Of a stretch of DNA of 46,666 nt, positions 20,613 through 31,094 are shown piece by piece. A program made the translations under genes and the position numbers. Source of the stretch: Prasinococcaceae sp. CCMP 1430 (Eukaryota > Plantae > Prasinodermophyta); contig RQSC01000032.1 of NCBI GenBank assembly GCA_013416795.1, forward strand, positions 350,271 through 396,936, written 5' to 3'. Within the stretch, counting starts at the first letter, position 1. Every line of letters begins with the position of its first letter. Under the pieces are notes generated by a model. It did no database searches and was not told where the DNA came from. It was given only the letters and a program-made list of their open reading frames with translations.

Positions 20613-21842
20613 TCAGCTGGCCCTCGATGCAAACCTGGCGTCGACGACCATGGGCGCCTTTCCTCGCCAAGCCATCCAAACGGTATCATCGGTCAGGGCA
20701 TCGGCGATGAATGCCCCCACCGCCTCGATGTGCGTCTCCTGTCGTGGGAACGTGCGCACAAGCGACGGCCGTCAGCGCGAGCAAGCGAGGGAGCGGGCGA
20801 GGGAGTGAGCCAGCGCGCGAGCAGTCGCGCACTTTGGCGTCGAAGATCCCATTCAAGAGAGTCGGCGACGCGACGTATGCGTCGCCGACGCCCTCAAGGA
20901 GGTCGTCTGGGCGCACAATGACTCGCTCGATGGCCGCGCAGCTCCCCGATGCGTCTGCGACCACACGCGCAGCCTCCACGTTATCCGCCTGCGGCGGCAA
21001 GAGCGCCGCGAGCGCCATGAGGAAGGCACGCTCGCCTGGAGAGCGTAGCGCACGCTCGCTGCCGTCCGGATTGTCCACACCAGCGGAACTGAGCAGGACG
21101 AGGCGGAACGGTTCGACATCGCTGGTGGCGACGGCGCTAGCACTAGCGCTCACGCCCACGCCCGCCGCCGCGTCGCATACGAGCGCCGCTGCGTCTGCCA
21201 CGAGCCGCGCTGACGGCCCGTAGATGCCCTCAAAGGACAGGTTGTGGCCCAGACAGCACACACACGCACGACAGTCGCGCAGCAACTCGCCCATCGACTG
21301 GACGGACGTCGCGGTGATCTCCGCCTCGGCGACCTCGAAGAGGGGATTCCGCGCAATGGCTGGATCCAGCCGAGACGCCGAGCGTACCACCTGTGCAGTG
21401 TAGGAGCGAAGTGTGTGGGTATCGTTTAGCTGGGCGCGCGCATATCTCGCGCGCGTGTTGCCGAGCGCACCTCTGGCAGCGCAGCAAGCACAGGCGCACG
21501 CACCCCGCGCACGCTGCTACCTCTCTCCAGCAGTGCGGCGCTCACTGCAGCGCCGACGCGCCCGTTGGCACCGAGCACCAACACCTTGCCGCCTCGCACG
21601 CTCGTGCCCTCCGCGGCGGCCGCAAACGCGTCCACCTCCCCCCTTGCGACTGTGCTGTCCATCGCATGCGCGCGCGGGACGAGCATGCCTTCGGAGGCGC
21701 CAGCGGCGCCGAGCGCGGCCGCGAACAGCACCGCACGCCGGCCGCACGGCAGCGCCGCGCTGCATGCCGCCGCCGAGCGCGTTCGCGCCATACGTCGCCC
21801 GCGGCCACCCGGCACTGCGGCACGAGCCGCCGTTGCCAGCAT
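20613..21842 (-). CDS. NAD(P)-binding Rossmann protein (atypical SDR) with plastid transit-like N-terminus; exons 21842-21504, 21390-20833 and 20738-20613
   Basis: VLVLGANGRVG, CCLGHNLSFEGIYGP, LLSSAGV.NP, LLPPQADN, IVRPDDL and C-terminal VGAFIADAL...W..WRGKAP. Two phase-0 GT-AG introns close the frame exactly. Confidence 0.85.
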
Positions 21843-21996
21843 TGCGCCGTGCCTATCTGCGTGCCCGCCTGCGGGCGCGTCAGTGGCGCTGACATTTCCT
21901 GCAGACGAATTCGAAGAGATATTTCGCTCGCATGCGGTGCCACATCAGCGCACGACCCCACCTGCGGCGGGGCGGTGGGCAGGTCCGCCAGGGGTG

Positions 21997-22946
21997 ATGT
22001 CGGAGCTGCGCCAGCGGCCCGCGGCCGCGGGCGCCGCGCGCAAGGGGGCGCTCGACAGGGCGGCGAGCGTGGCGGTGCCGGCGCTCGCATCCGCCGCCTC
22101 GGCGCTCGAGCCTACGCCATCCCACACGCGCGGCGAGCGGTGCAGGCGGCGGGCGCCGCTCGCGCCGCGCTGCCCTCCGCTGCGCTGCAGTGCGCGCTCG
22201 GCGTCGCGCTGCTTCTCTTCGGCGCCGCGTTCCGCGCGACAGCTGCCGCGGCCGAGGCGTGGATTCTCGCGGCCGACGAGCCGCTGCGTGCCGCGCTCAG
22301 GGAAATTGGCGACCACGTAGAGGCCATCGCTGTGGCGAGTGCGGAGGACGACAAGAAGGACGACGATGGCGATGGAATCGCAGACGTCAAGCAAATCGAC
22401 GACGCGCAGCTCGCACGCCGCAAGGCAGACCTCTTCCTCGCCACAGTGGACCCGCACGAGCTCGGGCGAGCGATGAGCGTGGCGTACGCCGGCCTACTGG
22501 CGGTGCTCGCGACGCTACGGGCGAAGTTTGCTGCCACGGTTGCATTGGGCGCATATCTCGGTCAGCAGGTCCACGAGCTGTGCGGCGCTGCGCTCGAGCG
22601 CAAACTGAAGGAGAGTCTACCCGATGGCCACGCCAAGTGGGCGCGTGCTGCAGCCAAGAGCGCGACGGGAGCTCTCGGTGTCGCCATCGCTTGGGCGCTC
22701 TCGTCGGCGCTGGCGGCCGCGCACTCGGCGCTTCGGGGTGCCAACCTGGCGGTTGATGGCGGCCTCGCGCTCATGGGCGTGAAACCGACCCCGGAGGCGC
22801 GGCAGCTTGTCGTCTACGCCCTCGCCGCGTGCGGATTTTACTTTCAACTGCTGCACGGCTTCGGCCTCCCTTTTCTGCTCAGCGTGGTGCTCTTTCCAGC
22901 GGTCCTGATAGAGAAGGCCATCACCTTCCTCGTCTACGTGCTCTGA
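21997..22946 (+). CDS. Uncharacterised multi-pass membrane protein; apparent 1-nt frameshift near 22111
   Basis: The ATG21997 frame (MSELRQRP...ALE) changes to the long frame YAIPH...LLLFGAAF.AT.AAAEA...DDKKDDDGDGIADVKQI...several TM helices...LFPAVLIE, ending at stop 22946. Confidence 0.7.
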
Positions 22947-23226
22947 GAGCGGAAGAGCTGCTAGAATCCGAGGGGCGACGAAGGACGCATGCGCGTCGCC
23001 ACTGTCTCTTCGCGGCTTCGAAGCGGCCGGGGCACTGCACGGTGCGAGACGGTGTACCGTAGAGAGCGGTGGGTAGTTAGGACGGTGCAGAAAAGCACAC
23101 AGATACGCGCGGTCGCGTTCTCACCAACGTACACATTCACTTGTATTACAGAGGAGAGCCGCGGGGTGTGCGCTCGTGCACGGCGTGCGCGCGAGGCGCC
23201 GCGTGTCGAGCGCTGCTTGCAGTCCT

Positions 23227-24071
23227 TCAGAGCCAACCGCGCGAGGCGTACAGCGCCAAGGCAGCGAGCTCACGCGCAAAGTCGAATATTGCGATAGCTT
23301 CTTGCCGCAGCCGCTCGCCGACGAGGAAGCCGCTCTCGTCGGAGGGTGTTTCGGCGCACGTGCCCTCTTGAGGGCGCGCACTCTCTCGCACATCCACGGA
23401 CGCACTTGTTGCGCGCAGCGCGAGCATGTCATCGCGCTCCTGCCGCCACGAGCCCGCGCCCGCGGGTGCCGCGATGACCATCGGTGGCGTGCCGCCGTAG
23501 CGCTCCGCGGCCACACGTCTAAAGACGCGCAGCGCACGCAGCGTGTGAAAGCGGCTGGTGACTACGAGCACTTCTGTCACCTGCGTGGACGCCGTCGGAG
23601 CGTCGCTGCCCAACTCGTTGCTGCCATCGGTGCCGCCGATGAAGTGCTTGTCGAGCACTGCTAAGCTGTGCACAGCGTTGGTGCGAGTAGACACGGAACG
23701 GTCCTCAACGAGCAGCGCGGCGGCGGGCGCGCCCATGCGCAGCGCCATGTCGCGCATCGCGGCCGCCTCGGAGGTGCTGCGGTGCTCGCCCGTGCCTCCC
23801 GACAGCAGAATTGCGTCGCAGCGGCGACTGCGCAGCAGTCGCACGCCCGCAGCAACACGCGCACGCAGCGCTGGCGCATCCAGGTCGCAGCCGAGCACGA
23901 TGGCGACGCACATGCCCGCCTCGAGCTCGTTCGCTGCGCTGGCCCGCGCGTGGCGCGTAACGCCTGCCCTGGCAGTCGGTTGCCGCCGCGCGCCGTCGGC
24001 AGGGGCTCCAGCCGCCCACGCGAGCGCGCCGTGCAGCCCCCACAGCGCGGGGCTCACGCCGGCGGCGGCGA
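23227..24071 (-). CDS. DUF218 / YdcF-ElyC-SanA family protein; 5' part in gap (possible ATG at 24845)
   Basis: AIVLG, LRARV, LLSGG.G, SEAAAM, LLVEDRSVSTRTNA, LVVTSRFHTLRA and RELAA. Confidence 0.88.
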
Positions 24072-24780
24072 NNNNNNNNNNNNNNNNNNNNNNNNNNNNN
24101 NNNNNNNNNNNNNNNNNNNNNNNNNNNNNNNNNNNNNNNNNNNNNNNNNNNNNNNNNNNNNNNNNNNNNNNNNNNNNNNNNNNNNNNNNNNNNNNNNNNN
24201 NNNNNNNNNNNNNNNNNNNNNNNNNNNNNNNNNNNNNNNNNNNNNNNNNNNNNNNNNNNNNNNNNNNNNNNNNNNNNNNNNNNNNNNNNNNNNNNNNNNN
24301 NNNNNNNNNNNNNNNNNNNNNNNNNNNNNNNNNNNNNNNNNNNNNNNNNNNNNNNNNNNNNNNNNNNNNNNNNNNNNNNNNNNNNNNNNNNNNNNNNNNN
24401 NNNNNNNNNNNNNNNNNNNNNNNNNNNNNNNNNNNNNNNNNNNNNNNNNNNNNNNNNNNNNNNNNNNNNNNNNNNNNNNNNNNNNNNNNNNNNNNNNNNN
24501 NNNNNNNNNNNNNNNNNNNNNNNNNNNNNNNNNNNNNNNNNNNNNNNNNNNNNNNNNNNNNNNNNNNNNNNNNNNNNNNNNNNNNNNNNNNNNNNNNNNN
24601 NNNNNNNNNNNNNNNNNNNNNNNNNNNNNNNNNNNNNNNNNNNNNNNNNNNNNNNNNNNNNNNNNNNNNNNNNNNNNNNNNNNNNNNNNNNNNNNNNNNN
24701 NNNNNNNNNNNNNNNNNNNNNNNNNNNNNNNNNNNNNNNNNNNNNNNNNNNNNNNNNNNNNNNNNNNNNNNNNNNNNNNN
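24072..24780. other. Assembly gap (N run)
   Basis: Run of N. Confidence 1.
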
Positions 24781-24985
24781 CGCGCGGCGGCGGCGGCCTC
24801 TGCGGCGGCACGCCGCAGCGCGCCGGCGGCGCGCGACAGCAGCATGGCGCCCCAACCGCCCACCACACACACTACCACCAACCCGCGCCCCCCTCCGGCC
24901 GCAGCCACCTGCCACAGCCCGCCTGCGCCGCGAGCGCGCCGTGTGGCACTCCTGCGCGGCAGCGCGCAGCGCCTGCCACGATTAG

Positions 24986-24995
24986 AAACCCTAAA
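24986..24995 (+). promoter_or_regulatory. Telo-box AAACCCTAAA in a divergent promoter
   Basis: Exact plant-type telomeric unit about 140 nt upstream of ATG24845. Confidence 0.5.
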
Positions 24996-25523
24996 TCCCA
25001 AACCGTGCGAAACCACGGATTGGTTTCCAATCCGCAGGGCCTCCCCCTTTTTACAATCAAAGACGTGCTCAAACTCGCGGAAACATCGAGACGAACGCCC
25101 GATCCGCGGTTTGGAGCGCGCCAAAGGCGCAATGATCAAGTGATGGATTGTCGCCGCGAAACCTTAACTCCGCCGCGCTGGCTGTTGCGTGTGTCTGTTC
25201 CCCCGCCGGACCGGCGCTGCCGGTGAGCGCGCGCGCGGGTGCGCGTGCCCGTGCGGGGTACCCCCCACCCACCCACCCACCCACGCACCAGCACACACAC
25301 TGACACCCCCGGGGCGTGCCACACGGCGAGCGCGCCGCGAGGCCGGCTTCAAACTGCTCGTCGCGCTCGCGCACGCGCACCTTTCGCGTGGCGGCCGACG
25401 GAGGGGGCTCCCTCGCGTGTTCCCGCCGCGGCGCACACCGCGCGGCGGTGCTCCACCCCACCCAACCACCAACACCCACCAACACACACGCGCGCACCCA
25501 CACGCCTGGCCGGGGCGGGTGCT

Positions 25524-28121
25524 ATGGCAGTGGACGGCGCGGCGCTGCGCCGCGCGCCGCGGCGGCGCGGGCGCGCCGCGCCGCGGGGTTGGGCCGGCTT
25601 CGGGGGCGCTGCCGAGTTGGTCGCGGTCGCGCTGCTCGCGGCGGGTGCGCTGGCCCCGTTGGGAGCTGATGCGAATGAGAGTGAGAGCCTCACCACCGAA
25701 TCGGGGCCGACCGCCGACGACAGCCCGCCAAGCCAACCGGCGGGAGATTCCTGCCCGGAGCGCCTGCAGTTGTGCAGCGGGCACGGCACGTGCGAGGCCG
25801 CGCCAACTGAGCAGGGCAACGCAACGACGACGAAGTACGCGTGCGTCTGCTCGGCTGGCTACACGGGGGAGACGTGCGCCTGGCCGCTCACGACGCACGC
25901 GCCAACCGACGGCTCCGAGACCATTTCGTCGGTGGCCGCCGATGGCTGGACGTGCTATTCATACGATGTGCCCTCGGGGACACATAGCCGCTACCTGACG
26001 CTCGAGCTCAACGCGACCAGTGGCGATCCGGACCTCTACATCAAGCACGGCTCGTACCCGACGCTCTACGACTTCGCCTTCCGCGACTACACGAACAATG
26101 CGATAAGCACGCTCGTGATCGACCGCGAGGCCGTCGGCGGCAAGAGCGAGTTCGCCGGCGAGTGGTTCGCGTGCATCCACGGTTTCGGGGCCGTGGCCTC
26201 CTCCTTTCGCCTGCGCACTCTCGCGTCCGCGTGCCCAGCTGTCATGCTGCGCGAGAGCGCCTCGCCATGCGGTGAAGCAGCCACGCCGACCCGCCACGGC
26301 ACGTGTGACGCCGCTGAGGGCGTGTGCCACTGCGAGGGCAACTACGGCGTGCCGGGTGGGGTACTCGAGAAGGAGAGCTGCTCCACGAGCACCCACTGGA
26401 TCGAGAACTCGAAAACCAAGGAGTCCACCGGCCGGCTCAAGCCCGCGGGCACCGGCGCGCTGCGCGGCCGCGACTGGGCATACTTCAAGTTCAACGTGAG
26501 CGAGGCGGACTTCCACGTGCAGGTCGATATGCGCAGGACCAGTGAGGGCGGCGATCCCGACCTCTACATGCGGTACGGCGCGCCGCCCACCCTCTCGGAC
26601 TACGATCTCAAGGACTCCACGTACGTTGCGCAGCACAACATCTCGCTGGTTGCCGATGAGCACTCATCGACGGGCGGGGCCTTCTCGCCGGTCAACGCGA
26701 CCAACCTGTGGCGCGAGGGCACGTGGTATGTCGGCGTGTATGCCTACGGCGCCTTTCCGACCACCTTCGACGTCTTCCTGCAGCGGTGGGCTTGCCTCGC
26801 GGGGTGCTCAGGCCACGGGGAGTGTGACGCGAGCTCGCACGTCTGCGCATGCGATGAGGGATGGCGCGTGCACGCCGACTGCTCGTCCTCCGAGCACGCG
26901 CTGGATGTGGACGATGGCGGCGTGCACTGGACCGAGACAGACGTGCCCGCAATGGAACGCGAGTTCTTCGAGCTGAACGTCTCTGATACCGCCGCCAAGC
27001 ACCACGTAGAGGTGCGCATCGAGGCGACGTACCGCGCAGACGGCCCCGTGGAGACGTGGTACGGCAACTTGTACAATTACGTGACGGTCGCGCTCAAAAA
27101 GGGCGGCTTCCCCGATGTCGAGACGGAGGACTACGACTACGTCATGCGCCTGAAGTCTGAGAACGACAGCGCCAGCATCCACGTGCCCGCGTCGATGGTC
27201 ACAGCCGGCAAGTGGGGCGCGGTGGTGTACAACCCGACCAGCGTCCTTTCTCACGTCAACATAAGCGCGAGCCTGCTGGCCTTCTGCCCAGACGACTGCT
27301 TCGCGGAGACGGGCAACGGCGTGTGCGGCCCCGACGGCGTGTGCCGCTGCCACGGCGGCTTCGTGGGCGCAAATTGCGTGCCCTCGGTTGAGTGCCTGCA
27401 GGGAATGTTCCACCCGGAGGACATCTATGACAAAAAGTCGCACTCGGTCATAGGAGAGTGCTATCGCGGCTGCAACCCTGCCACGTCCAAGTTCTACGCG
27501 GGCGGCAAGTGCGAGCGCATCACCTGCGAGGAGCCCTTCGAGCCCGACGGCTCCATGACCGGCTGCGAGGAGAAACAGTGCCGCTCAGACGTGCACGAGC
27601 CCACGCACGACGGTCACGGCACCTGCACGCGCGAGTGCACGTGCCCGCAAACGGGCCTGTGCAGGCTCTCCGACGCATGCGCGAGCATCAAATGCGACAA
27701 GGGCTACCAGGCGAATTACGACCTCGGCTCGTGCGACCCTCCCGCCTGCCAGGAGGGCACCCTCATGGAGGTGCACTCCAAGACCGTGCACGGCGGCTCG
27801 TGCGCCGCCGCGTGCGTGTGTACGTCAGAGTTCGAGTGCGCCTATGACGAAGCCAACTGCAAGCCCAGCTGCGCTGAGGAGCACTTCGCGACGCCCAACG
27901 CGGATGGCACCGCCTGGGTGTGCGCGGAGGCCGAGATGCCGGGCGTCGTCAGAGCCGGCGGTGGCATGGGCGGCGGCGCCGTCTTCGGCCTGTGCGTGCT
28001 CATGCTCGGGGTGGGCGCGGGCGGCATGTACGCCCTCGAGGCGTATCGCCGGCGTGCGCGAGGCTCAGCGTCGATGGGCTACCAGCTCGGCGAGGTTGGC
28101 GATGATGGCATGCTCTTCTAG
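25524..28121 (+). CDS. Type I membrane protein with EGF/tenascin-like repeats and PPC-like beta domains
   Basis: Signal-like N-terminus, CSGHGTC...C.C..GYTGETC and three more EGF-like units, two GDPDLY-containing PPC-like domains, a Cys-rich stalk, TM AVFGLCVLMLGVGAGGMYAL and a short tail. Confidence 0.85.
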   Translation: MAVDGAALRRAPRRRGRAAPRGWAGFGGAAELVAVALLAAGALAPLGADANESESLTTESGPTADDSPPSQPAGDSCPERLQLCSGHGTCEAAPTEQGNATTTKYACVCSAGYTGETCAWPLTTHAPTDGSETISSVAADGWTCYSYDVPSGTHSRYLTLELNATSGDPDLYIKHGSYPTLYDFAFRDYTNNAISTLVIDREAVGGKSEFAGEWFACIHGFGAVASSFRLRTLASACPAVMLRESASPCGEAATPTRHGTCDAAEGVCHCEGNYGVPGGVLEKESCSTSTHWIENSKTKESTGRLKPAGTGALRGRDWAYFKFNVSEADFHVQVDMRRTSEGGDPDLYMRYGAPPTLSDYDLKDSTYVAQHNISLVADEHSSTGGAFSPVNATNLWREGTWYVGVYAYGAFPTTFDVFLQRWACLAGCSGHGECDASSHVCACDEGWRVHADCSSSEHALDVDDGGVHWTETDVPAMEREFFELNVSDTAAKHHVEVRIEATYRADGPVETWYGNLYNYVTVALKKGGFPDVETEDYDYVMRLKSENDSASIHVPASMVTAGKWGAVVYNPTSVLSHVNISASLLAFCPDDCFAETGNGVCGPDGVCRCHGGFVGANCVPSVECLQGMFHPEDIYDKKSHSVIGECYRGCNPATSKFYAGGKCERITCEEPFEPDGSMTGCEEKQCRSDVHEPTHDGHGTCTRECTCPQTGLCRLSDACASIKCDKGYQANYDLGSCDPPACQEGTLMEVHSKTVHGGSCAAACVCTSEFECAYDEANCKPSCAEEHFATPNADGTAWVCAEAEMPGVVRAGGGMGGGAVFGLCVLMLGVGAGGMYALEAYRRRARGSASMGYQLGEVGDDGMLF

Positions 28122-28281
28122 ACGGTCGTGCTGCCAGCGAGCGAGCGAGCGAGCGAGCGAGCAACCCGAAGAGCGGTCGCTTGCGGAGAGAAAGGCGGTG
28201 GCCGCGAGGCGCGCTCGCTGGCAGTGAAGTGTAATAAGTTTCTGTGCGTGACGTCCCGCCGCGGCACGCAGCCCCGCGCCG

Positions 28282-28915
28282 TCATCTCCGCACCCACGAG
28301 AAGAGCCCCCACACGAGCAGCAACGTTAGTAGCATGCCGCTCGCGAGGATCACCTTGTCGACGACGTGACGCTTCTCCACGGCACGCAGCATCGAGTCGC
28401 TGAGGCCAAGTTCGTTGAGCACGGTGAGTACTTTGCGCTCGGCGCCCTTGAGGCGCTCGCGCTGCGAGGCGTATGCGCCGAGCACGGCCTCGCCCATGCC
28501 CATCATGTCCTCGACGGCCTTTTCCGAGCGCTTGGCGCTCTCGTTCGTGCCGCTCTCGAGGTCGAAATCGGACATCTCTCGCACGGCGTCGCCACCGCCG
28601 CGGGTGCGCCGCAGCAGCTCCTTCCGCTCAGCCTCCTCCATCGCGCGTTGCCTCTCACGCACGGCGTGTCTGTCGAGCGCGGTGGAGAGGTCGTCGAAGT
28701 CGGCCGCAATCTGCTCGACGCGCCGCTTCCACAGCGTCGCGTCGCGAGCGCCGAGCGCGCGCCAGCCGCGTCGCATGCGCTCCACCGCATCGTGCAGCTC
28801 GCGCAGCGCATCGCGCAGCTTGTCTTTGTCCGCCGCGGCGCCGCCTCGCCCCGCCTCCAGCCGCTCGAGCCCGCCGCGCAGCTCGTCCCCGCCGGCCAGC
28901 AGCTCGTCGCCGCAT
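28282..28915 (-). CDS. Membrin/Bos1 (GOSR2-like) Qb-SNARE; start unresolved
   Basis: LWKRRVEQI, ERKELL.R, G.AVL..Y.SQRERLKGA.RKVL.VLN.LGLSDS.LRAVEKR...DK.I and a C-terminal TM. The frame stays open upstream, but ATG28915 is 1 nt out of frame. Confidence 0.9.
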
Positions 28916-29750
28916 GAGTCACCGCCGAGGGACCAGGGCGGCGCAGCCGCAGCCGCTGGCGGGGATGCCGAACGCCCCTCTATACACGCCGGAACGTTCC
29001 GTTACGAACTTTTTTGTAAACCCTCGACGAATACTCGACATCAATTTAATTTGACATCCGACGCGCGCGTGCCCTCATTGACCTCAAATATCCCTCGTCG
29101 TCGTGAATGTGCGCGCCGCGAGGCAAAAACCTTCGTAACCCTAACCGACGCGACGTCTTTTTTTATGCGCGCACCAGCGCTGGCGGTTTCATTCCTAAAA
29201 ATGATCGATATCGGTTGGGACCGCTTCGCCGACGCCACCCATCCGGCGCGTTTGCCATCGCGTGCCGGATCTCACCGCCGGTGCGCATTTTCGCAAGATT
29301 TTCCTTCACGAAAAGCGTTGCGAAATGGCGGCGCAAAAAAAAAGGCGGGCGGCGGCGGCTGGGGACCGGCGTATTTTTCGGCCGGCGAAAGCGCGCGGCA
29401 GCAAACTGCGCGGGAACTGAAAATTTTCGTCGCGCGGCGACGAAAATTAGCCGCTCCGGAAGCGCGCCCGCGCACGCGGGTGCCGCGCGCGCGCAGGGCG
29501 GCGCCACTGCGTCGACGGCTCGCGCGCTCGACAGCCATGGTGCGCGCGCGGCCTGCTGGCACGTTTGACAGCGTCATGGTGGCAGGCGCAACCCACCCCC
29601 ACCACCCCTCCCCCCCCTCGGGGGGGGCGGGGCGCTGCCAGGCGCCACGCGAGCGTGGCGTTCGAAATTCCGCCCGGCGATTCTCCAGGGTCCAACCCTA
29701 ACCTCGCACGACGTACCTTCTGACGGTATCGCACGTTTCGCAGGTACCTG

Positions 29751-29781
29751 GTAAACCCCCATAAACCCTAATAAACCCTAA
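29751..29781 (+). repeat. Tandem telomere-like 10-mer ATAAACCCTA (about 3 copies, first degenerate)
   Basis: gtaaaccccc ataaacccta ataaacccta a. Confidence 0.8.
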
Positions 29782-30197
29782 TCCATAACCGTGACCGGTG
29801 CTTTCCCGGTTTTTTGTTTGGTGTGTTGGTGGGTGGGTGGGTGGGTGGATTGGTGCATCTTGATGGGGTGCTTTGGTTTGGGTTCGTAATTAGGGTGAAT
29901 ACATGGACCCTGATATTGAGCTCGAGGATCCCCCCCCCCCGGGCCGCTCGCGCGCCACACTGTGCCTCCTCGCCTCCCTCCCCCGCCCCCCTTCCTCTCC
30001 CCCGCGCGTGCGCGCACAAGGACGCGCGAGCAGGGCGCACCACCCGACCGAGCTGGTCGAGCTCCCGCCGGGCTCGTGCGCGCTGCGCTCGGGGCTCGCC
30101 TGGGCGGCGGCCGAGGCGCGACGCCGACGTCGGACGCCGTGGCGCGGCGCGGGCGGGGCGCGGGCGCTGGAATGCCCGTCACCGCGGGCGGCGCGGC

Positions 30198-31094
30198 ATG
30201 GGGACGCGCGGCACGCTGCGCTGGGCGGTGAACGTGACGGTGTGGGAGCCCGAGGGCGAGGAGTTCGACTGGCTGATTGGCACGATGCCAACTGAGCACA
30301 CCGAGCGCATCAAGAAGTTCGTCCGCGAGGAGGACCGCAAGCGCAGCCTCATGAGTCGCCTGCTGCAATTCGCGGCGTGCCGCGAGGTCTTCGGGCTGAG
30401 CAACGACGAGGTACTAATCAAGCGCACCAAGGGCTCCAAGCCGTTCATGGCTAACGTGCCGGACGACCCGGAGATGCCCAATTGGAACTTCAACGTCAGC
30501 CACGAGGGCGACTTCGTCGTGCTCGCCGCCGAGCCGCTGTTCGTTTGCGGCGTCGACGTCGCTGCGCCCGAGCAGACGCGCAACACGTTGCGAGCAGAGA
30601 GCCTCGAAGACTTCTTCCACACCATGCGCAACGTACTCACGCCCAACGAGTGGCGCGTCGTGCGCTCTGGCAAGACGGAGGAGGAGCAGGAGGACCTCTT
30701 CAGGAGGCATTGGTCGCTCAAGGAGGCGTTCGTGAAAGGTCGCGGCGACGGCATCGCCTTCGAGCTAGGCAAGTGCGAGTTCAGCTTCCATGGCACGCCG
30801 TGGGCCAATACGGCGAGCGTGAGCGTCGGGAATCACACCCGGCGGAAATGGCGCTTCTACATGGAGGAGCTGGGCAACAGACACTGGGTCAGCGTGGCGC
30901 GCGGCCCGCCAAGCGACATCGTCGACGCGCACGGCGAGTTCAAGGGCCAGTTCCGCCGTCCGGAAATCCCCGCCAGGGAGCACGAGGAGGAGCTCAGGTT
31001 GCCCAGCCCCCCATTTGAGATGCGCACCGTTGCCGACCTGGTCGAGACCGGGCGAAAGGACGACTACGCCAGCGCTGGCGGGGATGTCATCTGA
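30198..31094 (+). CDS. 4'-phosphopantetheinyl transferase (Sfp/AASDHPPT type)
   Basis: RWAVNV..W.P, DRKRSL.SRLLQ, RTKGSKP, FNVSHEGDFVVLA, CGVDV and WSLKEAFVKG.G.G. Confidence 0.95.
   Translation: MGTRGTLRWAVNVTVWEPEGEEFDWLIGTMPTEHTERIKKFVREEDRKRSLMSRLLQFAACREVFGLSNDEVLIKRTKGSKPFMANVPDDPEMPNWNFNVSHEGDFVVLAAEPLFVCGVDVAAPEQTRNTLRAESLEDFFHTMRNVLTPNEWRVVRSGKTEEEQEDLFRRHWSLKEAFVKGRGDGIAFELGKCEFSFHGTPWANTASVSVGNHTRRKWRFYMEELGNRHWVSVARGPPSDIVDAHGEFKGQFRRPEIPAREHEEELRLPSPPFEMRTVADLVETGRKDDYASAGGDVI

Noticed and set aside
23558-25143. Long ORFs spanning the N gap
   Set aside because: They are artefacts of translating Ns.
29751-29790. CRISPR array or true telomere
   Set aside because: There are only about three short 10-mers without spacers, they are internal to the scaffold, and no cas genes are present.
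30198-31094. PPTase as marker of a PKS/NRPS cluster
   Set aside because: No carrier-protein, PKS or NRPS genes occur in the window, and it looks like the housekeeping AASDHPPT type.
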